Positions 45,318 through 54,433 of a DNA stretch of 54,433 bases are shown one piece after another. Every line of letters starts with the position of its first letter. Positions within the stretch are counted from its first letter, which is position 1. The stretch comes from Neophaeotheca triangularis. Taxonomy: Eukaryota. The notes under the pieces were generated by a model that saw only the letters and a program-made list of their open reading frames with translations, was not told the DNA's origin and searched no databases. The position numbers and the translations under genes were made by a program. The DNA lies in contig BAAIJX010000090.1 of the NCBI GenBank assembly GCA_054600435.1, forward strand, positions 1 through 54,433, read 5' to 3'.

Positions 45318-48300
45318 CTGGCAACGAGAGAAGCGGTACCGGATGAGCGATCGAGGAAGTCAAGACTGCTGACTGCGGTCGGCGAGTGGTAGGTATGCAG
45401 AAATGATTTTAGGGCTGCAACGGACACTTCACCAGGCGGGAGACAGCCAGCGATGTTCGCTCTTCTCCTCTGTTTCATCTCGCAAGTACTCAGACTGCTC
45501 CCGTAGGCGGTTATTGTGGGCATGATAGAAGCGTTCGACCCGATCTGGTGGTAGGCAGCTATAATTATCGGGGACTGAGCCCACAAGGCAGTCGCAGTAA
45601 TCCGCGTTGGATGCGTGGCCTCCACTCGATGCGCTCGCGGCTTTTCGTTGCAAGGCATCGAGGCAGCTCTGGCCTCTTACTGATGGACAATCTCTAGGCG
45701 GGCCGGCGAACCCTCGGGTGGAGTAGGAACCGGGGCGTTCGAGTCTACGAAAAAGGACGTGCAGCTGTCGAAGGAACTTTCGCCCAGGTCGAGGCGATGA
45801 TGCATGAGAGATACTGGTCGCACTCGACCTTATTGCTTAGTATCGTCGGTTTTAGCTCTGTAGCTCCGGCGGAGAGCATGGTGAAAACGCTCGCTCGGAA
45901 GCAAGCGTATGAAGGAGCTTTGAGAACGGCGCTGATGGAGGGATTGTTGAAGAGTCAAGCGAGGAATGTAGCCGAAAGGCTTCTGTCAAGTCTGCTGCTA
46001 GAGATGAGAGAGGCGAAGGTTCATTATCAAGGCAACACCTTGTGGACGCCACCGCGGGACCAAACGCGCTCATCCTTCAAGATGCCTACCTTCTAAGCGG
46101 GTACGCAAGTATTCCCAACTTTGGTTGGGATGGTCTCCGCCAATGCCTACTCAACATTAAGACCGATCAATGAGACTTACTCTGTCGCGAGGCGTCGGTT
46201 GAGGCCGCTCCCTCCTCTCCCGTAGTCTATGATGCACACCAAGCTCCGCCCTCAGGGTGATGTTGTCGGTCAACACTGTAGCTATGCTGGCGGCAGGCGT
46301 CCATCGCCGACAGTTGGCAATACGATTACCGAAAAGGCTTGCCCAAGCCACAGCATGTTCCTCGTTCATGAACAGCATAGCATATCCTAACGCGCGGAAC
46401 ACCGTCCGGCTGTCATGTCTACGGAGGCTGGGTATAGTCTGTCCGCTCCGTCCATGTACTATCTCTTAGACCTCGCTTGGAGCCACTCGCCTTTAGGTCA
46501 ACGCAGCAGCCGCGCTGCTACTGCTGGGTCCGTAGCGTAAAGCCTGGGTTGGTGGTTTCGTCGGCGACGGAAGGTAGAAAGATGTGTAGTGCGAGTTAAG
46601 CGCTCGCGGTGTTGCGGGTTGCCAAAGATTGTCGTTAGCTCAAGACATGAGCACACCAAGCCGTCGGAGAGGCTACAATTGCATCGGTGGTTCGAAGAAG
46701 CAACCCGCTGGCATCGCGATGCATGTTAAAGAGCGGAATGCAGATCGTTCTACTAGCTAGACGGCGTAAGGGAGGTCAGATCAGAGATGCGGCTTTGACT
46801 AATGCCTACCTAGGTAGCGACGAGGAACGGCGCATGGAGGGTAGGCTGAGGAGTCGGGGGCAGGACTGGATCGCAGGCGTGATGGCTAGGCGTATGCGAC
46901 TGGCAATGCAAGAGACTAGCTCGCCGCATGGGAGCAGTGTCTTTGTCCGTGGATCCATGATCGGTTCATCTACCGTCGGATGTACGCGGGCACGGGGATG
47001 CGACGGCAACACATGCGACACGACGAGTGACTGGGCCATCGCCGCCATCCAGCGTGCAGGGGGTTGTCCACCATCTTCACCATCAACGCGCGCACACCTT
47101 TGCTTTTCCGTTTCACCTGCCATGGCGCCGCCATCGCGCTCAACGCAGCCGTCCGCGTGCAATAGTCCCAAGCTCTTGGAAGTTTGCCGGTACTCGCAAG
47201 GTGTGCGCTGGTCTAAGGCTGCTGAATCGGGGGTGCATATTGTCGTGTCGATGGGTGTCTTGCGTAACCGGTGCGACTGATGGGGGCTCGACGATGTTGA
47301 TGTCGTCGGATATCTCAGGAAAGGGGGGGGCAGTCTGATGACAAGAAGAATGCGCGAGCGGTCAGTCGGCTGTTGGCTAGGCAACGAGACATCACGTCAA
47401 GTCAACCTCATCTCGACTACTGTACCGCATGCGTCGGTAGGAGTAGGCGCTTTGAGATGTAGTCGTCGTGTTTGTTGTAGCGGAGTTGAATGCTGTCGGA
47501 CCCTCATCTTCCGCTGTCTCTCGCGGTCAGGGTAAGGCCGCCTTGGTCAGCTCTTACCACCTCACTAGGACAAGGTTCCCAAGCAATGTCTACCTATCTA
47601 GCAGCTTTCCTACCCTTTGCTAATCAATTCTCCAGCCTAGCAATTGCTTGAGCTCCAGTGGCTGATAATGACAAGACGTCGCCGGCATGACTCGCAGCGC
47701 TTGTAAACCATAGGCCCTCGGCGAACACCTTGAGGGAGCATTCAAGGCGCTCCTCGCCATGGCGTCGATAGCAGTAAGGGGCACCGGGGGTTATGTCTAG
47801 ACACTTTCAATGCAAGCAGGACGCTGCGAACCTCTAAAACGGGCGCGGGAGCACCTCGTCCACACCATCTCGGCAACCGCATCAGTCCATCCATCTACTA
47901 CATTGACGAGTCTACCGCAGCCAAAGGCCAGGGAGACCCCACTCGTACTTCTAACCTCGTTTTTCTTCGTGCCCATTCCCACCGAGAGCAGCAGGATGCA
48001 AGCGCGATTTTTAAGAGGCCCCGCCCTCCCGGTTCCCTCGCGCCATTGTGTGTGGGCGCCAGTGAAACATCACAACCTGAATGTCGCGATCGGAGTGTCC
48101 GTCTCCGGGCGAAACCCGTTCGACTTTCTTTGCGCACCGCCAGGCTGGGATGGATGGCCAGTCGCACGCCAGCCATCTTATACCTCAGCGCGGCCGGAGA
48201 AAGATAGCACCCTCGCCGTAGCCACACTACAATGGACCGACCAATGTTTGTGCCTTTAATGCCACCGCAACCGTTTCTTTCTCGCAGACAAATGGTCGCG

Positions 48301-48544
48301 GCTGCCTAGTAAGACTAGTAGGAGGACTAGCGAGACACCTGTATGACGAACAGGAAGATCGTAGAGGACGACTCGCCACTCCTAGAATACAGTGAATACT
48401 AGTCCGATGATGAAGTCGAGGACCTATACACCGCGACTCCGCTCCGAGTAGAGGAAAGAGAACGCTAGTTATAGCGCTAGCGTCAGCAAAATTCCCCCGA
48501 GCAAGCCATAGAGAACCCTGAGCGCGAAATATTAGCATTACAAG

Positions 48545-49480
48545 CGACCGGGAGAGTGGCGACGATGCGTCCGAGGAAGCTCATATAGCAAGGATCGACG
48601 CCAAAGGAGAGTTGTTAGATCGCATTTCCTAGGCACAAGAAGCCGAGGCGGCAGAGCACAGTGCCATCGAGAAGCTCATCGAGACCAATCGGGAGCTAAG
48701 GGCGATCATGATAGTAGTAACGAGATAGAGGCGCTGAGGAGCCGCAACTCGACGCTCTCCGATGAAATCACGCAGCTCAAGGAGCAGAACACTCTTTTGG
48801 CTGCCGAGAATACAGAGATTACGCAGCTCAAGGAGCAGAATGCCCGTCTGGCTGCCGAGAACCAGGAACTTTTAGATAATGATAGCGAAGAGTTGGACAC
48901 AGCCAAGAAAGCTCTAGAGGAAGCCAAGAAGGAGATCCGACGCCTGGCGAAGAAGGGGCAGCAGCTTATTACGCCGGCAACAGTGCCACAAGCTGCAACC
49001 CGGGGAAGCTTCAACGAGGCCGACTCCTCCGAGGATAATAGCCCGGCGGCCATCCGGCATAAAGGTCGAAGGAAAAGCCGCAAGTCGGTAGCGACGGGCA
49101 GGTCCCAGCCCCCTACCCGGGCCCCGTGGAGGTACAGGGTATACACGCGGATCAAATCTGATGGCACCGGAAGAGTCAAGCCGTTGGTGGAGGTATCACC
49201 TGACATGGTTGCCGAGTTGGATGCCCGAAGACCGCCGCGAGCACAAAAACCCTCAAACAGTCAAACATGACACGCTGGAAGCCGCCTTGCCATCAATACA
49301 GTGCGCCGACAGGCGGGTGAACAATTGCACAAGCGAGCAATACACCCACAACGACGCTGCCGTCTCATTTGTCGCTTGCATGACTTGCACCAACCTTACC
49401 GTGCGTCCATAAATTGCCGAAAGAAACGGCCGATTTCGACCCCGACCTCTCTCCTCTTGCAAGTGAAGTACGATAGACCG
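48545..49480 (+). pseudogene. Disrupted coiled-coil plus Cys-containing hypothetical gene
   Basis: Helical E/K/L-rich reading frame broken by an in-frame TAG near 48630 and frameshifts near 48700 and 49240; 51-bp duplication (ITQLKEQN..LAAEN); CMTCTN motif; upstream DNA is rich in TAG/CTA. Confidence 0.5.
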
Positions 49481-50597
49481 ACGACAAGCCGAAGAAAGAG
49501 TACTACCTGCGAGAAGACTTCAGCATTACGTCCAAACACCGCAGCCTGTGGACGAAAAAGGGAAGTGTAAGGGGTTGAAGTTTTGTGAAGCGTGTAGTCT
49601 CTTTCCAGCCAAGCTCTCGGCAACCACCTGATGACAAAAGAGCTTAGCTGCAATCTTTCACCCACGCTCCAGCCACGCAGAAACGGGCTACCACTGCCGC
49701 CCGGCGGCCTAGAACACCGCAGTCGTGGCTGCGAAGTTCCCTCCGTCACGGTCGGACTTTTATACACTCAGTTGCCCGAGTGGCGATGCAAAAAGCCATT
49801 GGCAAAGGCGCTGGTTTCGGACGCTGTCTCGTTGGTCTTGGAAGGAACTGAGGACGGGGAGGGAGATGAGGAAGGGGGAGGAATCGAGGATGGAGAGGCA
49901 GGTGCGGAGGTGGATGCAGATGCGATGGATGCTTGGGAAGGCAAAGGCGGTGAAATTCCGAGCAAGATAGGGGTTAGTGGTGCTGCTACCTGTCCAGAAG
50001 TCCAGGGCACTAGCAGTTCGGCCGGAGGAGCCGTGGGAGTTGTTGAAGCGGAGGATACTAGCGGCAACGAGCGTAAAGACGAAGGAGGTGTTAAGAATAC
50101 TGGAGCGGAAGGCACTTGCGGCAAAGAACTTACGCACGAGAGAGTTGGTGCAGATGCTGAAGTAGAGTAACAGCGACGATCGGACGGACGAAGGAGAGAA
50201 TGAGGATCAAGGCCGGCTCGGCGAAGTTTTCACGGCATCATAACAGTTGATGGGTTTGGTGGCATCGAAGAGAATGAGGAAGAGCTCCGTGATTTCTCGA
50301 CTCAAGTGGAGTGGACCGCATTCTGCCGTGAGAAGCTCGACGAAGGTTTCGCCATACGCATCGAAGTGTAGCGCCCCGTAGAGCAGACCCCCGTTCCCAA
50401 CATAGCTTTAGACTGAGATTATGAGATGTATGCGCCTAACAAAGAAATTGGGTTTGCCGTTGTGTTTTTAAATGTTATTACCTACCCCTATCGAAATTTG
50501 GCGCTAAAACCTCATACAAATTTAAGGAGATTGAGGCAGTCCTGTCGTGGCATTGTAGTTAGAGTCATAAACAATGCAATCTGCCCGCACCACATGA

Positions 50598-52447
50598 CTA
50601 AATACCCCTCCACCCATACTCCCGGTCGGAGTATTCATACACACCATTCTCGACACTGATGGCTTGAACATCACCCTCATAGATCCAATTAGTGAAGTAT
50701 GCTTGTGTACCTCCCTCGCCATTACCGTTAGTAGTCGCGTACGCACCAACGAAGACACCTGTCGAAGTTTGTCAGCTTCACATTCATACTTGTCGACTTG
50801 GCAAATAGAGGATGACTTACCGGTGAAACCACTCGAAAAGAGTCTGTTGTTCACAGTGACGAAGGGCTCAAGATTCGTGTTGACTACACGCCAACCCCTA
50901 CCTTGGGCTTGGGGCCCAACAGCAATCGTGTGGTGCGTAAAGTTCACCGCCATGACCTCAAAGGTCACGCCACTGTCAGACCACGACTCGGGCATGGGCT
51001 TGACAATCTCTGCCGGAGTGCCAGCGTTCGGTCCATTGCTGCGGTAACGCAACACGTTCTCACCATTGACGCGGACAATGCCCAATTCTGCGTGGCGATG
51101 AGGCTCGACAAATAGAGTAGCACCAGCTTCCTCGCCATTCGATTGAGGGTTGAAGTTCATGTCGACGCTCCATCTGAACAGTGTGTGCTCCTGGCGGCGA
51201 CCAATGAAGGTTTGGCCATCTCCTGGGTTGAAGTTAGGGCCCTGGGTGAGGTTGGCATTGGAAGGCGTAAGCGCTAGGGTGTTAGGGTGGCCTCTGGGAG
51301 ACATTTGGTAGTTCTTCTCAATAGGAAAGCGGAAGTAGGTAAAGTGCCTGGGAATGGCTGAATTAGGGGAAAATTTGTAACGGTCATTGGCTCCAACAAG
51401 GCGTCCTCGCTCGATAATGTTGACGGGGGGAAGCGGACCGCTCTGGATGCCAGAAACCCTGTCGAAGATTGGAAATTCACCCTCGGGCCAGGCAGCCGGT
51501 GTCAAGACGGATTCTCTGTTCATTGGGTAGTGTTGGTAGAATCGTCCAGAGCGGGTGGACAGTGCGCAAGCCCACCAATTGCCCTCGGCATCTTGGAAAA
51601 GATCGGCGTGGCCAACTGTCTGGAAAAGAGAGTCGGTACCTCTGGCCGTGAGCAAGGGATTGTTTGCTTCCTCAAAAGGACCAGTAGGAGACCTGGACCT
51701 GAACATGGTCACCATGTGGCCAGGACCAGTGCCACCTTCGGCGAGGAGCAGGTAGTAGTAATCATCCTTGAGGAACATGTGAGGAGCCTCTGGAACACTC
51801 CCGCCAGAGCCATTCGTCAAGAATCTCCTTGGAGTGACGCTGAGATCATCCAAGTTGACAGTGAACTGCTGAATGTTGGTTTGGAAACCTGGAGTATTTG
51901 GGATCTGCGACGCCAGGGCGACATAGACTGTCCCGTCGGTGTCCCAAAAGATATCGGGGTCATAGCCGCCCATAGGGAACGCTTGCAGGTCGCTCCAAGC
52001 GGCGTCGTCGTACGGGTCCTCCGAGATGAAGACACCGGAGCTGGGGGATCTGCCGCTGATTGCAACGTTGATCACGTAGAATTTGCCCTTGTTGAAACGG
52101 ATGGTAGGCGCGTACCATCCACCTTGGGTGTTGCCGATACCGCCAAAATTGATTGCTTGAGACGGTCGGTTGTGCACGTGACTGATCAATTTCCAGGTGG
52201 TCAGATCTTTACTAGCAAAGATGGGCATACCCGGGAAGTTCATGAAGGAAGACACCGCACAGAAGAACGTGTCATCCCATTCAGGAACAAAGATGCAGCT
52301 CGGATCCGGATGGTAACCGGGAGCGATGGCGGGATTCTGGTAACTGGTGTTTCCACCAGCTGAAAGCGCGTCGTAGTAAGAAGGCGGCGATTGGGCAGCG
52401 GCCGCGCTGGCAAGGCCCAAGGCTGTTACGGCAATGTTCCACTTCAT
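50598..52447 (-). CDS. Secreted GH43 beta-xylosidase/arabinofuranosidase with C-terminal beta-sandwich domain; intron 50820-50759
   Basis: Signal peptide; NPAIAPGYHPDPSC, WYAPTIR, YDPDIF, PEAPH, QTVGHADL, GRRQEH; spliced GFTGVFVGAYATTNG. Confidence 0.95.
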
Positions 52448-52588
52448 GATGATAACGTGGAAAGAAGGTGATGGTAAGTCTGATTGTCGCTCTTTCGTGG
52501 CCGTGCGGCAGGATAGTTATATTGACATTCTCGCTACGCTTTAGTATTCGTTGATCCGCTCAAGTACAGCCTATTTTGCTGAACCTGT

Positions 52589-52716
52589 GGCTATTAGCCG
52601 GATCATCATAGACTACAATCGACCTCGAGAAACTTTGCTCATGTGTCGCTCCACGATGCCCCGCATCATGGGGATAAGGTTATTCTCAGTTTCAAGTGGG
52701 GTGGGATTTAGCGGGG
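52589..52716 (-). promoter_or_regulatory. Candidate XlnR-type (CGGCTAAT) and CreA-type (SYGGRG) sites upstream of the terminal GH43
   Basis: ATTAGCCG at 52593-52600 (reverse complement CGGCTAAT); CCCCGC near 52659, GTGGGG near 52696, GCGGGG near 52711. Confidence 0.45.
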
Positions 52717-52832
52717 GCTTAGCGGATTTACGTAGCAAAAAAAGCACTTTTTGCCTAAATGTGCCTATATCCATTAAATAGACTCTAATACTTCTTACAT
52801 CTATATCATATACTCGTCATTATTAGAGGTGT

Positions 52833-53326
52833 TGTTGCTATACTATAGGGTTAGGGTTTATATACCTATAGGGTCGTTACTAATATTCTATAATCCTCTA
52901 TAGCGCCTTTAGATTTAGATAACTATATAGTTATTAAGGGTATATTCCTAGACAGTTATTCGCCTTTAGATATTATAAGAGGGAGAATCCCCTTTACATA
53001 ATGTGTAAGCTATACGTAATCCGCACGAGCTATACTTAGTACCTATAGCTAAATATTAGCTAAGTTAGGTACCTTTATATAAGTTCCTTAAGAAATATTG
53101 TATATATATTATAATAGACACATTTCTATCTCACGCTATTAGTTAGTATTATACTATGTATATTCTACACTAGACAATATACCCTTATATAATATTTCTT
53201 CTAAGATAGTAGCCCGAGATAGTCGAGACACGCTAATCGTCCTACCTAGTATTAGATAAAACCTAGCGACTAGGGATAAGCGACTTATATATAGATCGTA
53301 ACTTAGACGTAGGTATCCTAGTAACA
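52833..53326 (+). mobile_element. 5' LTR of a RIP-mutated Ty3/gypsy-like retrotransposon
   Basis: Ends TGTTGCTA...TAGTAACA are an 8-bp inverted repeat with one C>T change at a CpA; followed by PBS-like (T)TAGCGAGCG, pre-RIP TGGCGAGCG; very TpA-rich. Confidence 0.75.
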
Positions 53327-54314
53327 ATTAGCGAGCGAATTGCTATACTTAAAGTAGAGCGAGATATACTATACTAAGTATCTACCCTTATACGACTAGA
53401 GCGCGATATAGAGGCGCTAAGATAAGGCGAGGAATCTATATTAGAGCTAGGTCGTACGATAACCGTACCTTAAGAGTATATAGTAAAGAAGCATACCTTA
53501 CGACTAAAGGACCTAGAGAACTATAGTAGAAAAACGCTAAAGGTATATAGAGTTTTTATATAGGAGTATAAAATAGCTTTTAATATAACCCTAGACAACT
53601 TTTAAAGCGATTACTATAAGATTATATAGGCTATATAGTTTCTCTAAAACACTCTTACTAATTTATAGTTTAGCTACTAGCGATCTCTTAATAACTCGAC
53701 TTAAGTAATATAGGATGACTTTATAAAGTTCTTACTAGATAAGGTCGAAGATCCGTTTAACTATAGGTTAGATGTAGCTAAATGATATAATAATGTATAC
53801 TAGGGAACCTACTTAGTAAAAGACTTTATAATCTACCTTAAGACCCTTAAAGATTAGCTCGCTCTATATAGCGAAGAATACTATATTAAGTACCTATATA
53901 CGAAGCTTCGAAAGGAGCTCTATATTACCCTTACGAATCTCTATAAGATACCTATTATGTAGGAGTCGCTCGTAGTAAAGGTAGCTACCCTAGAGCGTAA
54001 TATATAAAAGAGTAGTATAGCTAAGTCGTATACGATAGGCGCGACGACTATATCTCGGTTATACGATAAGTATAAGGGTAACGAGAATAAGAAAGAGAAT
54101 AGTAGAGATAAGAAAGAAAATAGAATAAACCCGGGCGTATATATACTAGCTTTAATATAGTTAGGCGACACTAGGGTTTACTATACCTATAGCTAAAAGG
54201 GCTATATCTCTCCTACCTATCTAAAGAAGAAGGATAACCCTAATAGCCTCCTAGTTAATAATATCTAGGGAAAAGACTATATGTCCTAGATAACTTAGGA
54301 TAAGTAAGGTATAA
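53327..54314 (+). mobile_element. RIP-degenerated retrotransposon gag (capsid plus CCHC zinc knuckle), truncated by the telomere
   Basis: Reverting TA to CA/TG gives capsid-like PENYSGKT..WAMQFL..WDDF..FL.D.VEDP..LETLE.QL..Y..KLR.EL and CYTCGQKGHISPTC at ~54179-54221; GGGAAAA at ~54268. Confidence 0.8.
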
Positions 54315-54433
54315 AGGGTTAGGGTTAGGGTTAGGGTTAGGGTTAGGGTTAGGGTTAGGGTTAGGGTTAGGGTTAGGGTTAGGGTTAGGGTTAGGGTTAG
54401 GGTTAGGGTTAGGGTTAGGGTTAGGGTTAGGGT
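54315..54433 (+). repeat. Telomere (TTAGGG)n
   Basis: About 20 perfect TTAGGG units running to the end of the sequence. Confidence 0.99.

Overview
Right end of a chromosome from an intron-containing filamentous ascomycete, probably a plant-associated Dothideomycete-like fungus (inferred from gene content and RIP). The window ends in a (TTAGGG)n telomere. The first ~17 kb is a compact housekeeping block: MAP1, BNA4, APC11, a TUM1-like sulfurtransferase, a PLP aminotransferase, the ADP1 ABC transporter and a GH47 mannosidase. From ~18 to 52 kb is a looser accessory region: a Q/G-repeat hydrophilic protein, a COG0523 GTPase with candidate zinc-response motifs, a two-domain GH43, a Zn2Cys6 factor, an amino-acid permease, a PAN-domain AA5_2 copper radical oxidase, a GPR1/FUN34 transporter, a cutinase with a very large repetitive Kex2-site-containing N-terminal extension, a MARVEL protein, decayed ORFs and a second GH43. 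The last 1.6 kb is a RIP-mutated Ty3/gypsy-like retrotransposon (LTR, putative PBS, gag with CCHC knuckle) that is cut off by the telomere just after gag. Gene models were spliced by eye from GT..AG sites, so boundaries may be off by a few bases. No database searches were run.
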